This document shows positions 38,478 through 47,472 of a stretch of 64,000 bases of DNA, piece after piece (within the stretch, counting starts at the first letter, position 1; the number at the start of each line of letters is the position of its first letter). The notes beneath the pieces were generated by a model. That model was not told the DNA's origin. It searched no databases and saw only the letters and a program-made list of their open reading frames with translations. This DNA comes from Candidatus Fimimorpha faecalis (GTDB taxonomy: Bacteria > Bacillota > Clostridia > Lachnospirales > Lachnospiraceae). Where the stretch lies: NCBI GenBank assembly GCA_018712075.1, contig DVHN01000002.1, positions 7,222 to 71,221 on the forward strand. The letters are read 5' to 3'. The position numbers and the translations under genes were made by a program.

Positions 38478-39932
38478 ATGAGCAGAAATCTTACTTTATT
38501 AACGGATCTTTATGAACTAACAATGATGCAGGGATATTTTATGCAAGGCAATAATGAGCGTGTTGTATTCGATGCCTTTTATCGAAAAAATCCTTGTGAC
38601 AATGGATTTGCAGTCTGTGCTGGACTAGATCAAATTATTCAATATATCAAAGAGCTTTCTTTTAACTATGATGATATTGAATATTTAAGAAATACGGGAC
38701 TATTTACAGAATCGTTTTTAGATTATTTAAGAAGTTACCATTTTACTGGAGATATTTATGCCATTCCTGAAGGCTCCGTAATATTTCCAAAAGAACCAAT
38801 GGTAAAAGTAATTGCTCCAATTATGGAAGCCCAGCTTGTGGAAACTGCGATTTTAAATATTATCAATCACCAAAGTTTGATCGCTACTAAAACAGCACGT
38901 ATTGTTCATGCCGCACAGGGCGATGGTGTGATGGAATTTGGTCTTCGCCGTGCCCAGGGTCCTGATGCTGGTATTTATGGTGCCAGAGCTGCAATGATTG
39001 CTGGCTGTATTGGAACATCTAACGTACTGGCTGGAAAAATGTTTGATGTTCCAGTGAAGGGGACACATGCCCATAGCTGGATTATGAGTTTTCCAGATGA
39101 ACTCTCTGCATTTCGTACCTATGCACAACTTTATCCATCTGCATGTATTTTACTTGTCGATACGTATGATACCCTACGTTCTGGAGTTCCTCATGCAATT
39201 CAGGTATTTACAGAGATGAGAAATGCTGGTATTCCTCTTACGTTTTATGGAATTCGGCTAGATAGCGGTGACCTCGCCTATTTATCAAAAGAAGCAAAGA
39301 AAATGCTGGATAATGCTGGATTTACTGATGCAGTTATTTCCGCATCGAGCGATTTGGATGAATATTTGATTAATAGTTTAAAAAATCAAGGAGCTGCGAT
39401 TAACTCTTGGGGAGTAGGTACCAACTTAATTACATCCAAAGATTGCCCTGCATTTGGAGGCGTTTATAAACTTGCAGCTATCCAAGATTTAGAAACAAAG
39501 CGTTTTATTCCAAAGATCAAACTTTCCGAAAATACAGAGAAAGTAACCAATCCAGGAAATAAAACGGTTTATCGTATTTATAACCGCACAAATAATAAGA
39601 TTATCGCAGATGTTATCTGTCTTGCAGATGAAGTTTTCGATCCTTCTCAGCCATTGACTCTTTTTGATCCAGTTGATACATGGAAACGAACTTATTTAGA
39701 GGCAGATACTTATACAGTAAAGGAACTTATTATTCCAATCTTTATTAACGGAAAATGTGTTTACCAAAGTCCATCTGTTATGGACATCCAGGCATATTGC
39801 AAAGAAGAATTAGAAACACTATGGCCAGAAACTCGCCGTCTTATTAATCCTCATAGAGTTCACATCGATCTTTCTGACAAACTTTATCAGCTGAAAAATC
39901 GGCTGTTAGATGAAATGACAAAAAAGAAATAG
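38478..39932 (+). CDS. pncB: Nicotinate phosphoribosyltransferase
   Basis: 484 aa with TDLYELTMMQGYF, EFGLRRAQG, GTSN and the HSWIMSF block typical of the Firmicute PncB type. Confidence 0.93.
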   Translation: MSRNLTLLTDLYELTMMQGYFMQGNNERVVFDAFYRKNPCDNGFAVCAGLDQIIQYIKELSFNYDDIEYLRNTGLFTESFLDYLRSYHFTGDIYAIPEGSVIFPKEPMVKVIAPIMEAQLVETAILNIINHQSLIATKTARIVHAAQGDGVMEFGLRRAQGPDAGIYGARAAMIAGCIGTSNVLAGKMFDVPVKGTHAHSWIMSFPDELSAFRTYAQLYPSACILLVDTYDTLRSGVPHAIQVFTEMRNAGIPLTFYGIRLDSGDLAYLSKEAKKMLDNAGFTDAVISASSDLDEYLINSLKNQGAAINSWGVGTNLITSKDCPAFGGVYKLAAIQDLETKRFIPKIKLSENTEKVTNPGNKTVYRIYNRTNNKIIADVICLADEVFDPSQPLTLFDPVDTWKRTYLEADTYTVKELIIPIFINGKCVYQSPSVMDIQAYCKEELETLWPETRRLINPHRVHIDLSDKLYQLKNRLLDEMTKKK

Positions 39933-39943
39933 GAGGTTCTTAT

Positions 39944-41581
39944 ATGGCAGTACAAGAACGTTTTTCTGGAATTCTGGCACATCCAACCAGTTTTCCATCC
40001 CGTTACGGAATTGGCGACTTTGGAAAAGGAGCCTATGATTTTATTGACTTTTTAGAGAAAGCTGGACAAAAACTCTGGCAAATTCTCCCTCTTGGACCAA
40101 CTGGATATGGTGACTCCCCTTATCAGTCCTTTTCTGCATTTGCAGGTCAGCCACTACTCATTAGTCCAGAATTATTAATCCAAGATCACTTATTAGCTGG
40201 TCCTGATTTTTTTAAAGTACCTGATTTTAATCTGGATCATGTGGATTATGGTTATGTCATTCCAGTAAAGACAGAATTACTAAAACTTGCTCATCAACAT
40301 TTTTTACTGCATTATAATACTGCTTTAGAAGCAGAATATGAAACATTCTGCCAACAAGAAGCAGAATGGCTGGATGATTATGCTTTGTTCATGGCTGGAA
40401 AAGATGCTCATGGAGGTGTTTGTTGGTTAGATTGGGAAGACGATTTGAGAGATCCTACTCCTGAAATTAAAGAAAAATGGACTGAACAGCTTTCCGATTC
40501 TGTGTCCTATTATAAATTCATTCAATTTTTATTTTTCCGTCAATGGAATCAACTTCGAGAATATGCCCACTCCAAAGGCATCCAAATTATCGGTGATATC
40601 CCAATCTTTGTTTCTATGGATAGTGCTGATGTGTGGGCAAACCGTGAATTATTTTTATTAGATACAAAAGGATATCCGCTTGTCATTGCTGGAGTACCAC
40701 CAGATTATTTCTCCGCAACAGGACAATTATGGGGCAATCCTTTATATGACTGGGCATACCACAAGAAAACAAATTTTGACTGGTGGATGAAGAGAATTCA
40801 AGGCCAGCTCGCCCTTGTGGATTTCTTACGTATTGACCATTTCCGTGGTTTTGAAGCCTATTATGCAATTCCTTATGGTGAAACAACTGCATTAAACGGA
40901 TGTTGGTGTAAAGGTCCTGGAGCAGATTTATTCCATCGAATCCAAGAAATTTTTGGTAAAGATCTTCCAATTTGGGCAGAAGATCTTGGAATCATTACAC
41001 CAGGAGTTGAAAAATTACGTGATGATTTTAACCTTCCGGGTATGAAAGTATTACAGTTTGCATTTGGCGATTTAGATGATAACGATTTACTTCCTCATCA
41101 TTTCCATACAAGCAATTGTATTTGTTATACTGGAACTCATGATAATGCTACTACGGTCGGCTGGTATTTTGAAGATTTAAATCCAAAAAAACAAGACCGA
41201 CTCCGCCGTTATTTAAATACGGATGCACGTGCAATCCATATGGATATGATCCGTGCTGCTATGTCCAGTATTGCGAAATATTGTATTTTCCCAATTCAAG
41301 ATGCACTTGGATTTGGCAACGACTGCCGTATGAATACTCCATCCGTTGCCTCTGGAAATTGGGGATTCCGTTTCCGTCCAAGTCATTTAAGCGATGATTT
41401 GGCAAAACAATTAAAGTCCATGACTGAATTATATGGACGCGGAGAGATCGTTCCAAAGAAAGAAGAAGAAATTGATGGCACGCCCCAAGATTTTTCACTC
41501 GATTTATTAGAATCTTTAAAAGCTAAGATTGAGGAGAAAAAGAAAGAAGAGGAGGCCATCCCAGCGGAGGCAAATCAATGA
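39944..41581 (+). CDS. malQ: 4-alpha-glucanotransferase (amylomaltase, GH77) with a charged C-terminal extension
   Basis: 545 aa with GILAHPTSFPS, GDSPYQSFSAFAGQPLLISPE, LRIDHFRGF, EDLG and GTHDN blocks. SD AGGAGG. Confidence 0.93.
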   Translation: MAVQERFSGILAHPTSFPSRYGIGDFGKGAYDFIDFLEKAGQKLWQILPLGPTGYGDSPYQSFSAFAGQPLLISPELLIQDHLLAGPDFFKVPDFNLDHVDYGYVIPVKTELLKLAHQHFLLHYNTALEAEYETFCQQEAEWLDDYALFMAGKDAHGGVCWLDWEDDLRDPTPEIKEKWTEQLSDSVSYYKFIQFLFFRQWNQLREYAHSKGIQIIGDIPIFVSMDSADVWANRELFLLDTKGYPLVIAGVPPDYFSATGQLWGNPLYDWAYHKKTNFDWWMKRIQGQLALVDFLRIDHFRGFEAYYAIPYGETTALNGCWCKGPGADLFHRIQEIFGKDLPIWAEDLGIITPGVEKLRDDFNLPGMKVLQFAFGDLDDNDLLPHHFHTSNCICYTGTHDNATTVGWYFEDLNPKKQDRLRRYLNTDARAIHMDMIRAAMSSIAKYCIFPIQDALGFGNDCRMNTPSVASGNWGFRFRPSHLSDDLAKQLKSMTELYGRGEIVPKKEEEIDGTPQDFSLDLLESLKAKIEEKKKEEEAIPAEANQ

Positions 41582-42309
41582 TTCGTTTCATTATTGTTGT
41601 ATTAATTGTTGTTTTATATCTTGTGATTGGCATTATACCAGAAATTATTCTCTGGATTGTCGGCAAATTTAATCGTCCATTAAAGGATCATATTTCACTC
41701 ACTATGGTTCAAACCGCTTTTCGCCTAATTCTTTGGGTGGCGGGTGTAAAACTTACGATTAAAGGAAAAGAAAATATTCCAACCGATCGTCCCGTCCTTT
41801 ATGTGGGCAACCATCGCAGTTATTTTGACATCCTAATTGGTTATACCAATGTAACAGGCTTGACAGGATTTGTAGCAAAGAAGGAAATGGAAAAAGCTCC
41901 TCTTCTTAGTAACTGGATGAGAAAACTATATTGTCTTTTTTTGGACAGAGATAATCTAAAAGAAGGAATGAAAACCATTCTTCAAGGAATTGATTATATC
42001 AAACAAGGTGTTTCTATTTGGATTTTTCCAGAGGGAACCCGAAATAAAAATGAAGATGAAACACAGTTATTGCCATTTAAAGAAGGAAGTCTCAAAATGG
42101 CCGAAAAGACAGGATGTCCAATTATTCCAGTTGCAATGAGAGGAACCATTAATATTTTTGAAAAACAATTCCCTAAAATTCGTCCACAACATATTTTTGT
42201 AGAATTTGGACAGCCAATTTATCTCAAGGAATTGAGCAAAGAGGAACGTAAATTTGCAGGTGCTTATACACAACATATAATCGAACATATGCTAAAAAGT
42301 GATTTTTAG
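41578..42309 (+). CDS. plsC: 1-acyl-sn-glycerol-3-phosphate acyltransferase
   Basis: 243 aa with the HX4D motif (NHRSYFD), FPEGTR and an N-terminal TM helix. The ATG overlaps the malQ stop (ATGA). Confidence 0.9.
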   Translation: MIRFIIVVLIVVLYLVIGIIPEIILWIVGKFNRPLKDHISLTMVQTAFRLILWVAGVKLTIKGKENIPTDRPVLYVGNHRSYFDILIGYTNVTGLTGFVAKKEMEKAPLLSNWMRKLYCLFLDRDNLKEGMKTILQGIDYIKQGVSIWIFPEGTRNKNEDETQLLPFKEGSLKMAEKTGCPIIPVAMRGTINIFEKQFPKIRPQHIFVEFGQPIYLKELSKEERKFAGAYTQHIIEHMLKSDF

Positions 42310-42322
42310 ATTCCTAATCCAA

Positions 42323-42395
42323 CAATAGCAAAAGGCTATTGCACCTACTATCACCTAATCTTGGTGAAGAAATTGTGCAATAGCCTTTTTATTGT
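42323..42395. terminator. Bidirectional terminator between convergent plsC and ppiB
   Basis: Perfect 15-bp arms AAAAGGCTATTGCAC (42330..42344) and GTGCAATAGCCTTTT (42375..42389), with alternative local hairpins and A/T runs on both sides. Confidence 0.75.
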
Positions 42396-42415
42396 TATAT
42401 AAAAGAACCTCTAAT

Positions 42416-42949
42416 TTAGCATTTTTCTGGTTCTGGATAATCCATTCCAAATGTTTCTACTGTTACTTTTTTTATCTTTTGCTCTTCCATAGGGCAATCA
42501 CGGAAATCTGTACGCACTTCTGCAATTTTATTAACAACATCCATTCCTTCAATCACTTTTCCAAATGCTGCATATGCCCCATCTAAATGAGGTGATGTTT
42601 TATGCATAATAAAGAACTGGCTTCCCGCAGAATTTGGATCCATCGTACGTGCCATAGAAATGACTCCAGGTGTATGGGAAAGATTATTTTGGAATCCATT
42701 TTGCCAAAATTCACCTTTGATGGAATATCCTGGTCCACCTGTTCCTGTTCCCTTCGGATCACCACCTTGAATCATAAATCCAGCAATGACACGGTGAAAT
42801 GTAACTCCGTCATAAAAGTTTTTCTTAATTAGGCTAATAAAATTATTTACTGTATTGGGAGCTACTTCAGGATAAAGCTCTAGTTTTACAATATCTCCAT
42901 CCATCATTTCCATTGTTACAATTGGGTTTTTCTTTTCCATTTTTATCAT
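42416..42949 (-). CDS. ppiB: Cyclophilin-type peptidyl-prolyl cis-trans isomerase
   Basis: 177 aa with FHRVIAGFMIQGGDP and the SMARTMDPNSAGSQFFI blocks. Confidence 0.93.
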   Translation of the reverse strand: MIKMEKKNPIVTMEMMDGDIVKLELYPEVAPNTVNNFISLIKKNFYDGVTFHRVIAGFMIQGGDPKGTGTGGPGYSIKGEFWQNGFQNNLSHTPGVISMARTMDPNSAGSQFFIMHKTSPHLDGAYAAFGKVIEGMDVVNKIAEVRTDFRDCPMEEQKIKKVTVETFGMDYPEPEKC

Positions 42950-43264
42950 CCTTTCCTTATCCGTAATTGACTCTTATATTATAATAATACTTGCAAAGCA
43001 AGCATAGGAGCTCTAATTAAAAATCTTTCCATTCTATTTTCATTCCATAAACTTTTTCTATTCATTTTCTATTTGCAACTCATTCTTTTTTATTTTATCA
43101 AATATTAAATGCATTGTCTAGAAAAATGTAGTCTATATTTGATTAAATATCCTTTATAAGTAATAAATAGCTAAAATGCACTTTTTTATTTATCAATACA
43201 GAGAAATTGTTCTTTCTTTTATAAATAACAGCTCTAAAAATCACCTTTTATCTAAATATAATTC

Positions 43265-43312
43265 AAAAAGCTGCCAGGCAACAGTAATAATTTTTAACCG
43301 TTGTCTGACAGC
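43265..43312 (-). terminator. Intrinsic terminator after the LytTR regulator gene
   Basis: On the minus strand, GCTGTCAGACAAC ... GTTGCCTGGCAGC (13-bp stem with one mismatch and one G-U) is followed by TTTTT. It starts 6 nt after the stop codon. Confidence 0.65.
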
Positions 43313-43317
43313 TATTT

Positions 43318-44106
43318 TTATCTCTTTTTTGGTACTGTAGCTTCTTTTTTTAGCATCTGTTCTCTCAGGCGGTATAAACGATCTTGAAATCTGGCCTGAA
43401 CTTCTTTTTGATATTTTCTGCTCACAGGAACTCTAATATGTCCTGCAAAACAAACACTATTTCTTTCGACTTCTTTTATCTTTGGAAATTGAACGATAAA
43501 TCCCTGATGTACATACATAAATTTGTTATTATCTAGTTTCTCATATAGCTGAGATAATGTTTCATAACAAGAATAATCTCCATCTTCCGTATGAATTAAA
43601 CTTTGATTTCTCCGTTTTTCAATATAGAGAATTTTGGAGATTTCTACATTAACCTTATCATAATCCACAATAATGGGAAGATAGCGATTTGCTGATTTCT
43701 GATAATCCAACACATAATCTACTTGAATAATTGCCTTCGCCATAACTCTGCGCAGCTGGTCTAATTGTACTGGCTTTACCAGATAATCAATCGCATCAAC
43801 TCGATAAGCATCTAAAGCATACTTTTCATAATTTGTAATAAAAATAATAATTACATCTGGATTTTGTTCTCTTATTTTCTCTGCTGTCTGTACCCCATTC
43901 ATACCATCGGGTACATCCACATCTAACATTAATATATCATACGGACATTTTCCATTATGAAAACTGTCAATTAATTCTTCCCCACGATGAAAAATCCGAA
44001 CTCCTAATTGATTTTTACTCTCCGCTTGATATGCGGTTAAAAGCTTTTTTAAACTTTCACAAAAAATCGGTTCATCATCGCAAATACCTATTTTATAAGT
44101 ATACAT
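43318..44106 (-). CDS. LytTR-family (LytR/AlgR) response regulator; no adjacent histidine kinase
   Basis: 262 aa. REC domain with acidic pocket CDDE, phospho-acceptor LMLDVDVPDGMNG, and conserved T and K (FITNY, VKP). The C-terminal LytTR DNA-binding domain includes ILYIEKRRNQSLIHTEDGDY...VHQGFIV. Confidence 0.9.
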   Translation of the reverse strand: MYTYKIGICDDEPIFCESLKKLLTAYQAESKNQLGVRIFHRGEELIDSFHNGKCPYDILMLDVDVPDGMNGVQTAEKIREQNPDVIIIFITNYEKYALDAYRVDAIDYLVKPVQLDQLRRVMAKAIIQVDYVLDYQKSANRYLPIIVDYDKVNVEISKILYIEKRRNQSLIHTEDGDYSCYETLSQLYEKLDNNKFMYVHQGFIVQFPKIKEVERNSVCFAGHIRVPVSRKYQKEVQARFQDRLYRLREQMLKKEATVPKKR

Positions 44107-44136
44107 TGTATCCTAATATATTTTGATTTGTATTCC

Positions 44137-44364
44137 TTATGCAACCTCATAGCGGTTCAATACACATTCAAAATTGTCATCTTGTCCCTGATACTTTACA
44201 GTCAGGCAATGACTTAAATCCAAACTAAAAACGCCCATAATAGACTTTGCATCTACAGTAATGCGTCCATAACAGACATCAATATCAAATTCACATTTAC
44301 TAGCGGCATTTACAAATTCTCCTACAGATTCCTGAGATAAACGAATATTTCTTTGATACATCAT
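44137..44364 (-). CDS. HPr-like small protein lacking the His15 phosphorylation loop
   Basis: 75 aa counted from the ATG at 44364 (SD AGAGGAG 8 nt upstream). It shares the HPr core VDAKSIMGVFSL, corresponding to the Ser46 region (N-L-K-S-I-M-G-V) of HPr. The region corresponding to GIHARPA is shortened and has no His. Confidence 0.7.
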   Translation of the reverse strand: MMYQRNIRLSQESVGEFVNAASKCEFDIDVCYGRITVDAKSIMGVFSLDLSHCLTVKYQGQDDNFECVLNRYEVA

Positions 44365-44804
44365 AATTAACACTCCTCTTTGTTGATGGATGCTTTAGAA
44401 ACATCAGTCAATAGGTATCTTCAGTGCCACTTGGCCAACTGATAGTTTATGTATATCATATCGACATTTTTTTGTCAAATTTGATTCATCGCATTAAAGT
44501 GTTAAATTTTATAGGTATATTATACAAATATTTTTAATGAAATAACGAATCTTTTAGGAGATACTGTGAATTTATTTTTTTTACAATTCGATTATTTTTC
44601 ATGTAACCTATGTAATTCTTCTCTCATTCGTTTTAGATTCAAGTCACTTTCCACAAAATTTTCTGAGTGATTTTGATTGAAATTGAATTATTTCTGAAAA
44701 ATTTCTCTCACCACTTTCCAAAATTCTTCAGAAATCCCGCTCAAACTTAATCATTTTTCAAGACTCACTCGGGAGCTTTCTTCCCATCTGATAAATAGCA
44801 ACAT

Positions 44805-44829
44805 GGGCGACCTTTTTATAAGGACGCCC
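44805..44829 (-). terminator. Candidate terminator after gpmI
   Basis: GGGCGACCTT-TTTAT-AAGGACGCCC (one A-A mismatch), about 10 nt after the gpmI stop. The U-tract is poor. Confidence 0.45.
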
Positions 44830-44838
44830 GTCTTGCCA

Positions 44839-46380
44839 TTATTTTATTAACAAACTCTTTCCCGTCATTTCCTTTGGCTGCTGTAAGCCCATTAATTCAA
44901 TTAAAGTAGGGGCAATATCGGCAAGGCATCCTCCATCTCTTAATTTATAAGAAGGATCTGCGTTCACCAGTAAGAATGGTACTGGGTTAGTTGTATGAGC
45001 CGTAAATGGAGCTCCAGTTTCTTCGTCAATCAATTGTTCTGCATTTCCATGATCGGCACAAATGAACATCTGTCCATTTACTTCTTTAATTGCTTCTACT
45101 GCCTTTCCTACACATTGATCGACTGCTTCGATTGCTTTAATTGCAGCAGCCTCCACACCTGTATGACCTACCATATCTGGATTTGCAAAGTTAATAATAA
45201 TTACATCATACTTTTGAGACTTAATTGCTTCTACTAATTTATCTGCAACAGTAAATGCACTCATTTCTGGCTGCAAATCATAAGTTGCTACCTTTGGAGA
45301 ATTAACCAGAATTCTATCTTCTCCTTCATTTGGCTTTTCTACACCACCATTGAAGAAGAATGTTACATGTGCATACTTTTCTGTTTCTGCAATACGTGCT
45401 TGTTTTAAACCATTTGCTGCTAAAAATTCCCCAAATGTATTTGTAATCTCAACTTTATGGAACGCAACTAATTTATTTGGAATGGTTGCATCATAATCGG
45501 TAAAGCATACATATACAACGTCTGGTTTACTTCCTCTATCAAAACCAGTAAACTCATTGTCACAAAATACATGTGTCATTTCTCTCGCACGGTCTGGACG
45601 GAAATTAAAGAAAATAATGGAATCTTTATCCTGAATTGGACCAACTGCCTTTCCATCTTCTCCTACTACTACAGTAGGAACCACGAATTCATCTGTCTTA
45701 CCTTCATCATAAGAATTCTGAATTGCACATGCGCCACATGCAGCTGTTTTTCCCTCTCCATAACGAAGTGCACGATATGCCAATTCAATTCGATCCCAAC
45801 GGTTATCTCTGTCCATTGCATAGTAACGTCCCATAACGGAAGCTACTTGACCAACACCGATTTCCTTACACTTATCCATTAATTCTTCTACATAGCCCTT
45901 ACCAGAAGCAGGCGGTGTATCACGGCCATCCAAAAAGCAATGAACAAATACCTTTGTGAGCCCTGCTCGTTTTGCTAATTCTAATAATGCATAAATATGT
46001 GTATTATGGCTATGAACTCCACCATCTGATACAAGACCGTATAAATGCAATGCAGAATCATTTTTCTTGCAATTATCTACTGCTGCTTTAAACGCTTCAT
46101 TTTCAAAGAAAACTCCATCCTGAATTTCCTTTGTAATTCTGGTCAGCTCCTGATAAACGATTCTTCCTGCTCCCATATTGAGATGACCAACTTCAGAATT
46201 ACCCATCTGACCATCTGGAAGACCAACTGCCATACCACTGGCATATCCTTTTACAAATGGATATTCTGCCTTTAATTGATCCATAACCGGTGTATTTGCT
46301 TCTGCAACTGCATTTCCTTTGATTTCATCGCTTAATCCATAACCGTCTAAAATCATTAAAACTGTAGGTTTCTTACTCAT
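44839..46380 (-). CDS. gpmI: 2,3-bisphosphoglycerate-independent phosphoglycerate mutase
   Basis: 513 aa with LMILDGYG, GNSEVGHLNMGAGR, SDGGVHSH and ADHGNAE blocks. Confidence 0.96.
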   Translation of the reverse strand: MSKKPTVLMILDGYGLSDEIKGNAVAEANTPVMDQLKAEYPFVKGYASGMAVGLPDGQMGNSEVGHLNMGAGRIVYQELTRITKEIQDGVFFENEAFKAAVDNCKKNDSALHLYGLVSDGGVHSHNTHIYALLELAKRAGLTKVFVHCFLDGRDTPPASGKGYVEELMDKCKEIGVGQVASVMGRYYAMDRDNRWDRIELAYRALRYGEGKTAACGACAIQNSYDEGKTDEFVVPTVVVGEDGKAVGPIQDKDSIIFFNFRPDRAREMTHVFCDNEFTGFDRGSKPDVVYVCFTDYDATIPNKLVAFHKVEITNTFGEFLAANGLKQARIAETEKYAHVTFFFNGGVEKPNEGEDRILVNSPKVATYDLQPEMSAFTVADKLVEAIKSQKYDVIIINFANPDMVGHTGVEAAAIKAIEAVDQCVGKAVEAIKEVNGQMFICADHGNAEQLIDEETGAPFTAHTTNPVPFLLVNADPSYKLRDGGCLADIAPTLIELMGLQQPKEMTGKSLLIK

Positions 46381-46552
46381 AATCGTTCCTCCAAAATCTG
46401 CATTTCTACAGATAGTCTTTAACTAAAAAGGACTGCTGCTAACTATATAAGACTTCCCTTCATTGTCTGTATCCGCCAAGATAAATCTACAAATAATACA
46501 ACAATACGGTAAAGTCTCCAAAATAATTGCGCAACAGTCCCCCAAAAGTCAA

Positions 46553-47302
46553 TTATTTATTATAGTTTACAATTTTACCAAAATCTGGCTTTAAGGAAGC
46601 ACCACCAACTAAGCCGCCATCGATATCTGCCTGTGCAAATAACTCTGGAGCACTTGCTGCACTAACACTTCCGCCATACTGAATTCGGATAGCTGCTGCT
46701 GTTGCTTCATCATAAATTTCAGCAATACAAGCACGAATTGCACTGCAAACTTCCTGTGCCTGCTCTGTCGTAGCAACCTTTCCTGTTCCAATTGCCCAAA
46801 TTGGTTCATAAGCAATTACTGCTGTTGCTGCCTGCTCTGCTGTTACATTCTGGAACGCAATCTTAATCTGCTGGCGAATCCAATCAATTGTGATTCCCTG
46901 CTCTCTCTGTGTCAAAGATTCTCCACAGCAAATGATTGGTGTAATACCATATTCAAATGCCTTCAAAATCTTCTTATTTACTGTTTCATCTGTCTCTGCA
47001 AAATATTCTCTTCTCTCAGAATGTCCAATAATAACATATTTAACGCCTGCATCTACTAACATCTCTGGAGAAATTTCGCCAGTATAGGCACCCTTATCTT
47101 CAAAGTACATATTCTCAGCACCAACTTGAATATTGGTACCCTTTGTAGCTTCCATTACTGGAATAATGTCAATCGCTGGAACACAGAAAACAACATCAAC
47201 TTCATCGTTTACTACTAATGGCTTTAATTCATTTACTAAATCAACTGCTTTGGAAGGTGTCATATTCATCTTCCAATTACCTGCAATAATTTTTTTACGC
47301 AT
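46553..47302 (-). CDS. tpiA: Triose-phosphate isomerase
   Basis: [13 protein letters not shown]..., IGHSERR, and [13 protein letters not shown] set the start at the ATG at 47302, which has the SD AGAGG. The ORF-track TTG start at 47380 adds 26 non-homologous residues. Confidence 0.95.
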   Translation of the reverse strand: MRKKIIAGNWKMNMTPSKAVDLVNELKPLVVNDEVDVVFCVPAIDIIPVMEATKGTNIQVGAENMYFEDKGAYTGEISPEMLVDAGVKYVIIGHSERREYFAETDETVNKKILKAFEYGITPIICCGESLTQREQGITIDWIRQQIKIAFQNVTAEQAATAVIAYEPIWAIGTGKVATTEQAQEVCSAIRACIAEIYDEATAAAIRIQYGGSVSAASAPELFAQADIDGGLVGGASLKPDFGKIVNYNK

Positions 47303-47328
47303 AATGCTACCTCTTTTTTCATTGTTAT

Positions 47329-47472
47329 GGGTTTGGTTCATTAAGTGATCCGTCTCGTAACTTCTGCTCTCTAAGCTCAACTGCTTCCTTTGGATTTGTT
47401 TCGCTAAGTTCGCACAAGTAAGTTCTCACTAAACTCACGCTTCGCCCTTTGGGCTTGGTTCGTTAAGTGATC
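47329..47472. repeat. Pair of 22-nt direct repeats (20/22 identical) bracketing the pgk-tpiA spacer
   Basis: GGGTTTGGTTCATTAAGTGATC at 47329..47350 and GGGCTTGGTTCGTTAAGTGATC at 47451..47472, 122 nt apart. The second copy overlaps the pgk stop codon. A TAAG(C/T)TC..CAC motif occurs three times between them. Confidence 0.85.
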
